64,000 nt of DNA from Thermoanaerobaculia bacterium (lineage in GTDB: Bacteria; Acidobacteriota; Thermoanaerobaculia; Multivoradales; Multivoraceae): assembly GCA_963666565.1 (NCBI GenBank), contig OY762911.1, positions 160,001 through 224,000 of the forward strand, read 5' to 3'. The notes beneath the pieces were generated by a model. That model did no database searches. It was not told where the DNA came from and saw only the letters and a program-made list of their open reading frames with translations. This document shows positions 50,246 through 59,626 of the stretch, one piece after another. A program made the position numbers and the translations under genes. Position 1 is the stretch's first letter; each line of letters starts with the position of its first letter.

Positions 50246-51203
50246 TATTGAGGAAGCGCGCAGAATCCTCCGAGCCTTGGGGATGCCGTCACCGCAGTCG
50301 AATCGGATGGCCGGCCTGACTCTGCTTGCGCTGTGCGGGCTGGCGCCGGGCGGCTCCTGGTCGAACGCGTCCCGCAGCCGAAGGACGGTGACCAAGGGCA
50401 TCATGGACCACGCCCGCGACCACTTTGGCCAAGGCTACGCCCCAAACACCCGGGAGACGTTCCGCCGCCAGGTACTTCACCAGTTCGTGCTCGGGGGCAT
50501 CGCCGAGCACAACCCCTTCGAACCTGACCTGCCAACCAACAGTCCCCGCTCGCACTACGCCATCAGCGAGGCCGCGCTCCGGGTCGTCCAGTCCTTCGGC
50601 ACCCCGGAGTGGGAACGAAACGCGGTCGAGTTCCGCCGCGACCTCCCAGCTTGGCTCGCAGAGTACGAAGACTCGCGATCCCGGAATCTGGTCCCCATCC
50701 GCTTCCCCGACGGCCAGGAGGTGCGACTCTCGCCAGGCTCGCACAACGAGCTTCAGAAGGCAGTGATCGAGGACTTCGCTCCGCGCTTCGCCCCTGGCGC
50801 CCATGTGCTCTACCTCGGCGACACCGCCAGAAAGGACCTCCACGTCGACCAGCAGCGCCTGCTTGACGTCGGCCTCCCGCTCACGGAGCACGACAAACTG
50901 CCCGACATCGTCCTCCACGACCGTGCCCGCGACAGGCTGTTCCTAATCGAGGCCGTAACGTCACACGGTCCAGTCGACCGAAAGCGCCTCGCAGAGTTCG
51001 AGGGCCTCCTGCACTCCTGTCGCGCCAAGCCCGTCTACGTGAGCGCCTTCCCGGACTTCAACGAGTTCCGCAAGCACCTGACCTCCATTGCCTGGGAGAC
51101 CGACGTCTGGCTCGCCGAGGTGCCCGGCCACCTGATCCACTTCGACGGCGACAAGTTCCTGGATCCGGTGGTCCAGGATCAAGGAGCAAGCACAGGACGA
51201 TGA
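50238..51203 (+). CDS. BsuBI/PstI-family type II restriction endonuclease
   Basis: YAPNTRETFRRQ.LHQF, TNSP, LSPG.HN.LQ..IE.FAPRF, KLPD, IEAVTSHGP, IAWET.VW; TTG start overlapping MTase end. Confidence 0.92.
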   Translation: MVSIEEARRILRALGMPSPQSNRMAGLTLLALCGLAPGGSWSNASRSRRTVTKGIMDHARDHFGQGYAPNTRETFRRQVLHQFVLGGIAEHNPFEPDLPTNSPRSHYAISEAALRVVQSFGTPEWERNAVEFRRDLPAWLAEYEDSRSRNLVPIRFPDGQEVRLSPGSHNELQKAVIEDFAPRFAPGAHVLYLGDTARKDLHVDQQRLLDVGLPLTEHDKLPDIVLHDRARDRLFLIEAVTSHGPVDRKRLAEFEGLLHSCRAKPVYVSAFPDFNEFRKHLTSIAWETDVWLAEVPGHLIHFDGDKFLDPVVQDQGASTGR

Positions 51204-52051
51204 CGAACCTCGTAGCGCCGCCACCGTTCACGTTTCTCGTGCCTGAGTCCCGCCAGGAGCCGATCATCGTCGAACAGAGTCACTCCGCGCTGAGGATGGC
51301 GATCGTCGAGCGCTCCCAGGTGGCGGCCACCGTACGCGACTGGGCAACCTTGTCCGGAGTCTACGTGTTGATCTGCAACGCTGGCGAGGATGGTAAATGG
51401 CACGCCTACGTCGGCGAGGCGTCAGGAGGGCTGGGAAACCGACTGCGCACTCACAACTCCCAACGTCCTGACTGGAATCGGGCCCTGCTCGTCCACCGCG
51501 ACGCGACACGCGGCTTCACCTCTACCGAAGCCGCATGGCTGGAGGGTGAACTCCACGACCACCTCGGAAACGCCGCGAACGTCCGGCTCCAGAACAAGAA
51601 ACAGCCTAGGGACAGGACGCTTCCAAGGCACGATCAGGCTCCGCTTAGCACCGTCGTTGGAGTCGTGGTCGCGGTGCTGCGAGCAATCGGGTGCGATCTC
51701 GGGCCCCTCAGCGGGAAGGATCGGGCCATGGCCGAAGAACGGCTGGCACCGCAAGCGCGACGCCCCAAATCACCCAAGATCCAGCTTCGGGATCTCCTGG
51801 AACAGAACTTCACACCGCTTGGCACGGTCCTCGTGTCGGTGAGTCCATCGTGGCCGGCGACTGCGACGGTCCTTCCCGACGGCAGAATCGACTTTGGGGG
51901 AAGGGCCTACAAGACCCCTTCGGCCGCCGGCAAGGCGGCCCGGAAAGGGAAGGCGACGAACGGCTGGGACTTCTGGGCAGTTGAAACGCCGCAAGGCCTC
52001 GTACGACTCTCCGAGCTGCGCTCCCGGTGCGCCGAAGGTGCCGCCGTCTGA
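51200..52051 (+). CDS. GIY-YIG nuclease fused to C-terminal RAMA/DUF4357-like domain
   Basis: GVYVL...AYVGE...NRL.TH...DW, WLE, N; C-terminal TPSAAG...TNGWDFW. Confidence 0.78.
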   Translation: MTNLVAPPPFTFLVPESRQEPIIVEQSHSALRMAIVERSQVAATVRDWATLSGVYVLICNAGEDGKWHAYVGEASGGLGNRLRTHNSQRPDWNRALLVHRDATRGFTSTEAAWLEGELHDHLGNAANVRLQNKKQPRDRTLPRHDQAPLSTVVGVVVAVLRAIGCDLGPLSGKDRAMAEERLAPQARRPKSPKIQLRDLLEQNFTPLGTVLVSVSPSWPATATVLPDGRIDFGGRAYKTPSAAGKAARKGKATNGWDFWAVETPQGLVRLSELRSRCAEGAAV

Positions 52052-52108
52052 TCCGCTCACGGACGCAACGGCAAACCAAGTCAGTGGGCACTGCCGCTGT
52101 CAGGGTAG

Positions 52109-52303
52109 CCGACGACGCCCAGCCAGCAGCGGGCCGGAGGAGGGGGTCCCTGCGGGCTGGAGGCAAGTGACTCCCGACGCCGTGCCCGAAGCCTCCGCCG
52201 ACGTGAAACGCAGCCGACCGAAGCGAGCACTTCCCTTTCATCTACTCAGAAAGTGCGAGCGTCCGCAGGGACCCCCTCCTTCGGCCCGCTGCTGGCGGGT
52301 GTC
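52109..52303 (+). repeat. Structured intergenic element, right flank of the R-M cassette
   Basis: 34-bp stem 52122-52155/52263-52296 (one G-T), 107-nt core; inverted relative to the 48.2 kb copy. Confidence 0.9.
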
Positions 52304-52322
52304 ACCAACGCCGCCATCCGGC

Positions 52323-52368
52323 CGCCGAAAGCGTCCAGAAACACGCGCCGGCCGAAGGCCGGCACCGC
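52323..52368. repeat. Partial REP-like copy
   Basis: CGCCGAAAGCGTCCAGAA...GCGCCGG...GGCCGGCACCGC resembles 48464-48515. Confidence 0.6.
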
Positions 52369-52731
52369 TTACTCGTCGGCGTCGACGAACTCGATGACGG
52401 CGAGCTCGGCGGCGTCGCCCTTGCGGGGGCCGAGCTTGGTGATGCGAAGGTAGCCGCCGGGGCGGTCCGCGTAGCGGGGGGCGATCTCGTCGAAGAGCTT
52501 CTTCACGTGAGCGCGGTTGGGGAGCCAGCGGCGGACGAGGCGACGGGCGTGGACGGTGTCCTCGCGGCCGCGGGTGATCATCCTCTCGGCGACCGGCCGC
52601 AGGGCCTTGGCCTTGGCCAGCGTGGTCCGGATGCGGCCGTGCTCGACCAGCGACGCAAGCTGGTTGCGGAACATCGCCCGGCGGTGGGCCGTCGTCCGGC
52701 CGAGTTTCTTGTAGCCGATTCCGTGACGCAT
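52369..52731 (-). CDS. rplQ: 50S ribosomal protein L17
   Basis: MRH...KLGRTTAHRRAM, RPGGYLRI, RKGDAA. Confidence 0.97.
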   Translation of the reverse strand: MRHGIGYKKLGRTTAHRRAMFRNQLASLVEHGRIRTTLAKAKALRPVAERMITRGREDTVHARRLVRRWLPNRAHVKKLFDEIAPRYADRPGGYLRITKLGPRKGDAAELAVIEFVDADE

Positions 52732-52775
52732 CTTCGCTCCTTCCCGTGGAAGCTCGGAGACGGTGCGGCGGCCTC

Positions 52776-53771
52776 CTAGGCCTGCACCTCGCCGCTCTCC
52801 GCGTTCTCCGGAACCTCCATGCCGAAGGACAGTCCCATCTTGTCGAGCACCTCCTGGATTTCCTCCAGGGACTTCTGCCCGAAGTTCTTGGTCTCCAGCA
52901 TCTCCTTCTCGCTGCGCACCACCAGGTCCCCGACCGTGTTGATGTTGGCGTTCCTCAGGCAGTTCGCGGACCGGACGCTCAGCTCGAGTTCGTCGATCGC
53001 CTTCTGCAGCAGGACGCTCACGTCGCCGCCGTCGATCTCCTCCTCTTCCGCGACGTCCGCGACGAGGCTCTCCTCCGCGTTGATGAAGATCGTCAGGTGG
53101 TCGCGCAGCAAAGTGCCGGCGCGCGACACCGCCTCTTCGGGGGTGACCGTCCCGTCCGTCCAGACTTCCACGATCAGCCGCTCGTAGTCCGTGGTGCGGC
53201 CGAGTCGAGCCGCCTCCACCTGGTAGTTCACCCGCTTTACCGGACTGTGTACCGAGTCGAGCGGAATCCAGCCGATTCCCATCGACGGCTCGAGGTTGCG
53301 GTCCGCGCTGATGTAGCCGCGGCCGTTCCTGACCTGCGCCTCGATGCGGAGGCGGCCCCGTTCGTTGAGCGTCGCGACCTTGCTCGCCGCGTCCCGGATC
53401 TCGACGCTGGCGTCGGTGTCGAAGTCGCCCGCCGTCACTTCCCGCGGGCCGGTGACGTCCAGCGAGATCACACGGGGCGAGCCGTCGGAAGAACGCAGCG
53501 GCACCTGCTTCAGGTTCAGAATGATGTCCGTCACGTCCTCGACGACTCCTTCGATCGACGAGAACTCGTGCAGCGCGCCATCGATGCGCACCGCCGTGAT
53601 CGCGGGACCTTCGATCGCCGCCAGCAGACTGCGGCGCAGTGCGTTGCCGACCGTGGCGCCGAAGCCGCGTTCGAACGGCTGCGCCGAGAACTTTCCGTAG
53701 CTGTCGGTCAGGGTCTCAGTGTCGATTTCGACGCGCTTGGGGCGTTGGAATCCCTTCCAGAGCATGTTCAC
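52776..53771 (-). CDS. rpoA: RNA polymerase alpha subunit
   Basis: PFERGFG.T.GNALRR.LL, HEFS, LELSVRSANCL, NFGQKSL. Confidence 0.98.
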   Translation of the reverse strand: MNMLWKGFQRPKRVEIDTETLTDSYGKFSAQPFERGFGATVGNALRRSLLAAIEGPAITAVRIDGALHEFSSIEGVVEDVTDIILNLKQVPLRSSDGSPRVISLDVTGPREVTAGDFDTDASVEIRDAASKVATLNERGRLRIEAQVRNGRGYISADRNLEPSMGIGWIPLDSVHSPVKRVNYQVEAARLGRTTDYERLIVEVWTDGTVTPEEAVSRAGTLLRDHLTIFINAEESLVADVAEEEEIDGGDVSVLLQKAIDELELSVRSANCLRNANINTVGDLVVRSEKEMLETKNFGQKSLEEIQEVLDKMGLSFGMEVPENAESGEVQA

Positions 53772-53844
53772 TCCTACGTATCTCGATTGCGTTCCAGGTG
53801 GAAACGTTGATCTCTTGCGAACTGTCGGGGCGGCGGCGCCGGCT

Positions 53845-54222
53845 TCAGACGCGGCGCCGCTTGCGGGGACGGCAGCCGTTGTGCGGAATCGGCGTGACGT
53901 CGCGAATCGAACGGATGCTGATGCCGGTCGCCTGCAGTGCCCGGACCGCGGACTCGCGGCCGCCGCCCGGCCCCTTGACCAGCACGTCGACCGTCCGCAC
54001 GCCCATGTCCTTGGCCTGGTAGCCGACCGCCTGGGCCGCCACCTGCGCCGCGAAGGGCGTTCCCTTGCGGGAACCCTTGAAGCCGTTGCGACCCGACGAC
54101 GACCACGTCAGGACGTTGCCGTCCGGATCCGCGATGCAGACCAGGGTGTTGTTGAAGGTCGCGTTGACGTGCGCCACCGCGTGGGGCACGACGCGCTTCT
54201 CCTTCTTCCTCGCCTTTGCCAT
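53845..54222 (-). CDS. rpsK: 30S ribosomal protein S11
   Basis: [30 protein letters not shown]. Confidence 0.98.
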   Translation of the reverse strand: MAKARKKEKRVVPHAVAHVNATFNNTLVCIADPDGNVLTWSSSGRNGFKGSRKGTPFAAQVAAQAVGYQAKDMGVRTVDVLVKGPGGGRESAVRALQATGISIRSIRDVTPIPHNGCRPRKRRRV

Positions 54223-54242
54223 CTGTCCTCTTCCCCTTCCCT

Positions 54243-54623
54243 CTACTTCTTGGCCTTCTTCTTGCCCGCGACGGTGGCCCGCCGCGGTCCCTTGCGGGTA
54301 CGCGCGTTGGTATGAGTGCGCTGGCCGCGAACGGGCAGGCTCTTGCGGTGCCTGACCCCGCGGTAGCTGCCGATTTCCATCAACCGCTTGATGCTCTGGG
54401 TGACTTCCTTGCGCAGGTCGCCCTCGACCGAGCCGGCGTCCTGGACAACCTGGCGAATGCGCCCGGTCTCGTCCTCCGTGAGGTCCTTGACCTTGATCGT
54501 CCCGTCCACGCCGGCCTGGCCCAGAAGCGCCTGGGCGCGGGAGCGCCCGATGCCGTAGATGTAGGTCAGGCCGATGCCGACCTGCTTGTTCTGCGGTAGA
54601 TCGATCCCCGCGATTCTCGCCAT
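54243..54623 (-). CDS. rpsM: 30S ribosomal protein S13
   Basis: [35 protein letters not shown]. Confidence 0.98.
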   Translation of the reverse strand: MARIAGIDLPQNKQVGIGLTYIYGIGRSRAQALLGQAGVDGTIKVKDLTEDETGRIRQVVQDAGSVEGDLRKEVTQSIKRLMEIGSYRGVRHRKSLPVRGQRTHTNARTRKGPRRATVAGKKKAKK

Positions 54624-54643
54624 GAGCCTTCTCCTGTTCCCCT

Positions 54644-54757
54644 TCAGCCCTGCCGCTGCTTGTGCTTGGGGTTTTCGCAGATGACGCGGATGACGCCGCG
54701 ACGCCTGACCACCTTGCACTTCACGCACATTCTCTTGACTGACGCTCGCACCTTCAT
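54644..54757 (-). CDS. rpmJ: 50S ribosomal protein L36 (zinc-binding C+ form); absent from ORF track
   Basis: Manual translation [37 protein letters not shown]. Confidence 0.97.
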   Translation of the reverse strand: MKVRASVKRMCVKCKVVRRRGVIRVICENPKHKQRQG

Positions 54758-54789
54758 GATGAACCTCCTCTGAACGCCGACCGCGGCCG

Positions 54790-55011
54790 TCAGGTTCTCA
54801 GCCTGTACACGATCCGGCCGCGGCCAGGATCGTAGGGCGAAAGCTCGACCAGTACCCGGTCTCCCGGAAGAATGCGGATGAAGTGCTTGCGCATCTTGCC
54901 CGAGATGTGGGCCAGGGCTTGGTGCTTGTTGTCGAGCTCCACCTTGAAGACCGCGTTCGGCAGCGTCTCCACCACCATGGCCTCGACCTCGATCGCTTCT
55001 TCCTTCTTCAC
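54790..55011 (-). CDS. infA: Translation initiation factor IF-1
   Basis: ETLPNA.F.V.L.N, HISGKMR, GDRV.VELSPYD. Confidence 0.97.
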   Translation of the reverse strand: MKKEEAIEVEAMVVETLPNAVFKVELDNKHQALAHISGKMRKHFIRILPGDRVLVELSPYDPGRGRIVYRLRT

Positions 55012-55060
55012 GTCAGCGTTCCCTTCGTTCCCATCTGCCCTTCTCGCTCCAACTCTCGAT

Positions 55061-55621
55061 TCAGGCCGCCAGAGCGGCTTCGATCGAGGCCGTCACGTCC
55101 TCGATCGGCACATTGCCGTCGACCCGGCGCAACAACCCCAGGCCGTCGTAGCGGGCGATCAGGGGCTCGGTCTGCGCGGCGTAGACCTGCAGCCGCTCCC
55201 GCACGACTTCCTCCCGGTCGTCCGCGCCCCGGCCGCGAAGCACGATCCGGTGGATCAGCTCCTCGTCCGGCACGTCGATCGTCACGACATGGTCGATCTC
55301 GCGCCCGTCGAGAATATCCTGCAGCGTCTCGGCCTGCGGCGCCGTGCGCGGATAGCCGTCGAGCAGGAAGCCCGCGGCGGCATCCCGCTGGCCCAGCCTG
55401 TCCCGCACCACCTCGGCCATCAGGTCGTCGTCCACCAGCGCGCCCGAAGCCATCACGCCCTCGACGCGGCGGCCCAGTTCGCTGCCGGCGGCGACCGCCG
55501 CGCGCAGCATGTCGCCAGTGGAGATGGCGGGGATGCCGAGCGTCGCCGCCAGGCGCGCGGCCTGGGTGCCCTTGCCGCAGCCCGGCGCCCCGAGCAGCAC
55601 GATGCGCAGCGAATCAGCCAC
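55061..55621 (-). CDS. adk: Adenylate kinase (short, LID-less type)
   Basis: [27 protein letters not shown] directly after RG. Confidence 0.95.
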   Translation of the reverse strand: MADSLRIVLLGAPGCGKGTQAARLAATLGIPAISTGDMLRAAVAAGSELGRRVEGVMASGALVDDDLMAEVVRDRLGQRDAAAGFLLDGYPRTAPQAETLQDILDGREIDHVVTIDVPDEELIHRIVLRGRGADDREEVVRERLQVYAAQTEPLIARYDGLGLLRRVDGNVPIEDVTASIEAALAA

Positions 55622-56999
55622 GGCGCCCCCGGATCCGGCCGCGCTTCATGAAGCCCTCGTAGTTCCGCATGACGAGCTGGCTCTCGATCTGCTGGAGCGT
55701 GTCCATCGCCACGCTGACCACGATGAGCAGCGAAGTGCCGCCGAAGTAGAAGTTGATCCCCATGCCCTCCGTCAACCAGAGCGGCGCGTAGTTGTCCAGC
55801 GTCGAGCCGACGAAGGGAATGCCCCCGACCTTGAAGCCCGCAATCATGAACTCGGGCAGGACGGAAACTCCCGCCAGGTACAGGGAGCCGACCAGGGTCA
55901 GGCGGGTCAGCACCCGGTCGATGTACTCCGAAGTCCGCCGGCCGGAGCGGATGCCGGGGATGAACCCGCCGTACTTCCGCATGTTCTCGGCCAGGTCGTT
56001 CGGGTTGAAGATGATCGAGACGTAGAAGTACGAGAAGAAGATGATCGCCGCGACGTAGAGCAGGTAGTAGACCGGCTGGCCCCACTGCATGGCGGCGGCG
56101 ACCTGCTGGATCGGCTCGTACTGGATCATCCCGGCGACCGTCGCCGGCACGGTGACGACGGAACTGGCGAAGATGACCGGAATCACGCCGCCCGTGTTCA
56201 CCCTCAGGGGAAGGTAGGTGCTCTGCCCGCCGTACTGCCTGCGGCCGACGATCCGCTTGGCGTACTGCACCGGAATCCGCCGCTGGGCCCGCTCCATGTA
56301 GACGATGAAGGCCACGACGACCAGCATGAAGACGGACAGCAGAAGGATCTTGATCAGTGACATCGCGCCGCTCTGGAGCTGGCCGAAGAGCCCCAGCACC
56401 GCGCCGGGCAGCCCGACCACGATGCCGGCGAAGATGATGAGCGAGATGCCGTTGCCGATCCCGCGCTCGCTGATCTGCTCGCCGAGCCACATGACGAAGG
56501 CGCAGCCGGTGGTGAGCGAGAGCACGGTGACGAACTTGAACCCGAGGCCCGGGTCGAGCACGAGGGGCGCGCCGCCGGGCGACGTCAGGTTCTCCAGGAA
56601 GAAAGCGATGCTCGTGCCCTGGATGATCGAGATGACGACCGTGCCGTAGCGCGTGTACTGGGTGATCTTGCGCCGGCCCATCTCGCCTTCCTTGGAGAGC
56701 TTCTCGAGATAGGGAACGACGACGGTCAACAGTTGCAGGATGATGGACGCCGAGATGTAGGGCATGATGCCGAGGGCGAAGAGCGCCACCCGGCCCAGGC
56801 TGCCGCCCGTAAAGGTGTTGACGAAGCCCAGCACGGTGCCCTGCATCTGGTCCATGAACTCGCTCAGGGCCTGGGGATCGATGCCCGGAGTCGGAATGAT
56901 GCAGCCGATGCGGTAGACCGCCAGCAGGCCGAACATGAACAGCAACCGGTTCCGGAGATCCGGAATCGCGAAGATGTTGCGAAAACTCTCGACGCCCAC
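55614..56999 (-). CDS. secY: Preprotein translocase SecY
   Basis: LGIMPYISASII, GIGNGISLII, FIPGIR.G, FGGTSLLIVV. Confidence 0.98.
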   Translation of the reverse strand: MGVESFRNIFAIPDLRNRLLFMFGLLAVYRIGCIIPTPGIDPQALSEFMDQMQGTVLGFVNTFTGGSLGRVALFALGIMPYISASIILQLLTVVVPYLEKLSKEGEMGRRKITQYTRYGTVVISIIQGTSIAFFLENLTSPGGAPLVLDPGLGFKFVTVLSLTTGCAFVMWLGEQISERGIGNGISLIIFAGIVVGLPGAVLGLFGQLQSGAMSLIKILLLSVFMLVVVAFIVYMERAQRRIPVQYAKRIVGRRQYGGQSTYLPLRVNTGGVIPVIFASSVVTVPATVAGMIQYEPIQQVAAAMQWGQPVYYLLYVAAIIFFSYFYVSIIFNPNDLAENMRKYGGFIPGIRSGRRTSEYIDRVLTRLTLVGSLYLAGVSVLPEFMIAGFKVGGIPFVGSTLDNYAPLWLTEGMGINFYFGGTSLLIVVSVAMDTLQQIESQLVMRNYEGFMKRGRIRGRRG

Positions 57000-57010
57000 G
57001 GCCCGCTCCC

Positions 57011-57445
57011 TCAGTCGATCGTTTCGCAGGCGCCGCCGGCGGCCTCGATCTTGGCCCGCGCGGAGGCGCTGAACCGGTGCGCCTTCACCGTCACCCCGGA
57101 CGGCGCGTCGCCGTCGCCGAGGACCTTCAGCTTCATGCCGCGCCGCACCCGGCCGCGCGAGACGAGGAGCTCGACGTCGATCGCGTCGCCGAGACCTTCC
57201 AGGTCGCCGACGTTGATCACCGTGTACTCGGTACGGAAGATGTTCGTGAACCCGCGCTTCGGAACGCGCCGGATCAGGGGCATCTGACCGCCCTCGAAGC
57301 CGGCGCGGCGCGAGAAGCCGGCACGCGAGCGCTGGCCCTTGTGGCCGCGCCCGGCGGTCTTGCCGGTTCCCGAACCCGGCCCGCGGCCGACCCGCTTGCG
57401 CGGGCGGCGGCTGGCCTTCGCCGGTCTGAGATCGTGCAGCTTCAT
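57011..57445 (-). CDS. rplO: 50S ribosomal protein L15
   Basis: RVGRG.GSG.GKT.GRGHKGQ, FEGGQMPL.RR.PKRGF. Confidence 0.98.
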   Translation of the reverse strand: MKLHDLRPAKASRRPRKRVGRGPGSGTGKTAGRGHKGQRSRAGFSRRAGFEGGQMPLIRRVPKRGFTNIFRTEYTVINVGDLEGLGDAIDVELLVSRGRVRRGMKLKVLGDGDAPSGVTVKAHRFSASARAKIEAAGGACETID

Positions 57446-57446
57446 T

Positions 57447-57632
57447 TCAATCCTCCAGGACCTGGACGAGATGCGGGATTTTCCGCACCATCCCGCGTAC
57501 CGCCTGGGTGTCCTCGCGCTCGACGACGTGCCGGATTCGCCTCAGACCCAGGCCGCGCAGGACCTCACGTTGCGGCCTCGGCCTCCCGATCGCGCTCCGC
57601 ACCTGCTGAATCCGTATCGTCTTGCCTGCCAC
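57447..57632 (-). CDS. rpmD: 50S ribosomal protein L30
   Basis: [24 protein letters not shown]; GTG 57632 has SD GGAGG at 8 nt. Confidence 0.93.
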   Translation of the reverse strand: MAGKTIRIQQVRSAIGRPRPQREVLRGLGLRRIRHVVEREDTQAVRGMVRKIPHLVQVLED

Positions 57633-58182
57633 TTTCGGCACCTCCCCCGTCTTCCTGTGTTGACCTGCCTCCGTTCGTCGAACCGCCCAGGCCGTCGAGC
57701 GACTCCAGGCCCCTCAGCGTCCGGACCTGCTTCTCGTTGCGCAGCGACATGAGTCCGGCGAAGGTGGCCTTGACCACGTTCTGCGGATTCGTCGTCCCCA
57801 GCGACTTGGTCAGGATGTCCTGGATGCCCGCGCCCTCGACCACCGCGCGCACCGCGCCGCCGGCGATCACGCCGGTGCCCTCCGAGGCCGGCTTGAGCAT
57901 CACCCGCCCCGCGCCGAACACGCCCACGGTTTCGTGCGGAATCGTGGTTCCGGCAAGCGGTATCCGCACCAGGTTGCGCTTGGCGATCTGGATTCCCTTG
58001 CGGATGGCCGCCGGAACCTCCTTCGCCTTGCCCGAGCCGTAGCCCACGCGGCCGGCGCCGTCGCCGATCACGACCAGGGCGGTGAACGAGAAGTTCTTGC
58101 CGCCCTTGACGACCTTCGTCACGCGGTTGATGTCGACAACCTGCTCGAAGAACTCGCTGTCGAGATCGATGTTCCTAGCCAC
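57565..58182 (-). CDS. rpsE: 30S ribosomal protein S5 (C-terminal extension overlaps rpmD)
   Basis: [34 protein letters not shown]. Confidence 0.96.
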   Translation of the reverse strand: MARNIDLDSEFFEQVVDINRVTKVVKGGKNFSFTALVVIGDGAGRVGYGSGKAKEVPAAIRKGIQIAKRNLVRIPLAGTTIPHETVGVFGAGRVMLKPASEGTGVIAGGAVRAVVEGAGIQDILTKSLGTTNPQNVVKATFAGLMSLRNEKQVRTLRGLESLDGLGGSTNGGRSTQEDGGGAESGRQDDTDSAGAERDREAEAAT

Positions 58183-58224
58183 TGCTCACTCCTTTGCTCC
58201 CTTGCCGCTCCGGCGCCATGCTCA

Positions 58225-58611
58225 TCAGAACTCGAGGCCTCCCTCGCGTGCGCTGTCCGCCAGCGCCCGGATCCTGCCGTGATAGAGGAACCCGCCCCGG
58301 TCGAAAACGACCACGCGGAAGCCCTTGTCCCGGGCGCGCTCGGCCAGCACCTGACCCACGGCCTGCGCCGCCCTGCAGCTTCCGGTCGAACCCTCGAGCG
58401 CCCCCTGGAGCTCCGACTCGAGCGAACTCGCGAAGGCCAGGGTGCGGCCCGCCCGATCGTCGATCAACTGGGCGTAGATGTGGCGGCGGCTCTTGTGGAC
58501 GGCCAGACGCGGCCTCTCCTGCGAGCCGCGCAGCTTCTTGCGGACGCGGTAGCGCGCCCGCTGCCGCCGCCGGCTGCGGTCGAGGGTTCTCTTTCTGCGC
58601 AGGTCGCTCAT
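58225..58611 (-). CDS. rplR: 50S ribosomal protein L18
   Basis: RPRL.V.KS..HIYAQ.IDD, VVFDRGG..YHGR. Confidence 0.97.
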   Translation of the reverse strand: MSDLRRKRTLDRSRRRQRARYRVRKKLRGSQERPRLAVHKSRRHIYAQLIDDRAGRTLAFASSLESELQGALEGSTGSCRAAQAVGQVLAERARDKGFRVVVFDRGGFLYHGRIRALADSAREGGLEF

Positions 58612-58640
58612 GCCTCGTGTCCCCGTTTCCCGAACCTGTC

Positions 58641-59186
58641 CTATGCGGTCGCCGCCGCCTTGCCGACCTTGAGCCGGACGACCTCGTCGCGGTAGCGGAT
58701 GCCCTTGCCCTTGTACGCATCGGGCTTGCGCAGGCTGCGCAGGTCGGCCGCGACCTGCCCCACCTGCTGCTTGTCGTTGCCGGAGACGGCGATGCGATTG
58801 GCCCGATCGTCGATCGACACCTCGACGCCCTCCGGCACCGGGTAGACCACCGGGTGGGAGTACCCGAGCGCGAGATGAACTTCCCGGCCCTTCACTTCTC
58901 CCCGGTAGCCGACGCCGACGATCTCGAGCTCGCGCCGGAAACCCTCGGTGACGCCGACCACCGCGTTCGCCAGCAGCGCCCGCGCCAGACCGTGCCGGGC
59001 GCGCTCCTCGCCGGTCGAACCGGAGCGGTGAAGCGTCACCACGCCGTCCTCGACCCGCACCTCGATGCCCGACTGAAGCGGCTGCTCCAGCTTGCCCCGA
59101 GGTCCTTCGATCGTGACCGTGCCGCCGTCGACCGCGACCGTCGTCTTCTCCGGCAGCGGAATCGGCGCCTTTCCTATGCGCGACAT
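58641..59186 (-). CDS. rplF: 50S ribosomal protein L6
   Basis: [30 protein letters not shown]. Confidence 0.98.
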   Translation of the reverse strand: MSRIGKAPIPLPEKTTVAVDGGTVTIEGPRGKLEQPLQSGIEVRVEDGVVTLHRSGSTGEERARHGLARALLANAVVGVTEGFRRELEIVGVGYRGEVKGREVHLALGYSHPVVYPVPEGVEVSIDDRANRIAVSGNDKQQVGQVAADLRSLRKPDAYKGKGIRYRDEVVRLKVGKAAATA

Positions 59187-59189
59187 CGT

Positions 59190-59588
59190 CTAGTACACCT
59201 CACACAGCACCTCGCCGCCGACCCGCTGCCGGCGCGCCTGGGCGTCGGTCAGAAGGCCCTGCGAGGTGGACAGGATGGCGACCCCCAGCCCGTTCAGCAC
59301 GGGCTTCAGGTCGTCGGCCGCGCGGTAGACGCGACGGCCCGGCTTGCTGATCTTGCGCACCCTGGTGATCGCCGGCACGCCTTCGCGATCGTACGCGAGG
59401 AAGATCCTCAGCGTGCGGCCCGGAGGCGAATCGAACACCTCGTAGTCGCTGATGTAGCCCTGGTCGCGAAGCACCCGGCACAGCGCGATCTTCAGCTTCG
59501 ACGCCGGCGCCTCGGTGCGATCGTGCTTGACGATCAGGGCGTTGCGGATCGTGGTCAGAAGATCCGCGATGGGGTCGGTTACGGTCAT
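59190..59588 (-). CDS. rpsH: 30S ribosomal protein S8
   Basis: [33 protein letters not shown]. Confidence 0.97.
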   Translation of the reverse strand: MTVTDPIADLLTTIRNALIVKHDRTEAPASKLKIALCRVLRDQGYISDYEVFDSPPGRTLRIFLAYDREGVPAITRVRKISKPGRRVYRAADDLKPVLNGLGVAILSTSQGLLTDAQARRQRVGGEVLCEVY

Positions 59589-59626
59589 CGGTCAGTCCTT
59601 GGATTCTCGGTTCTGGTGGCGAAGAT

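Noticed and set aside
48231-52303. Structured elements as hammerhead or other known small ribozymes
   Set aside because: GAAAC is present in two copies but no properly placed CUGANGA core; the 26 kb copy has CTGAACGA but no GAAA.
48231-52303. Integron attC sites flanking gene cassettes
   Set aside because: No RYYYAAC/GTTRRRY ends, the copies are inverted rather than direct, and there is no integrase.
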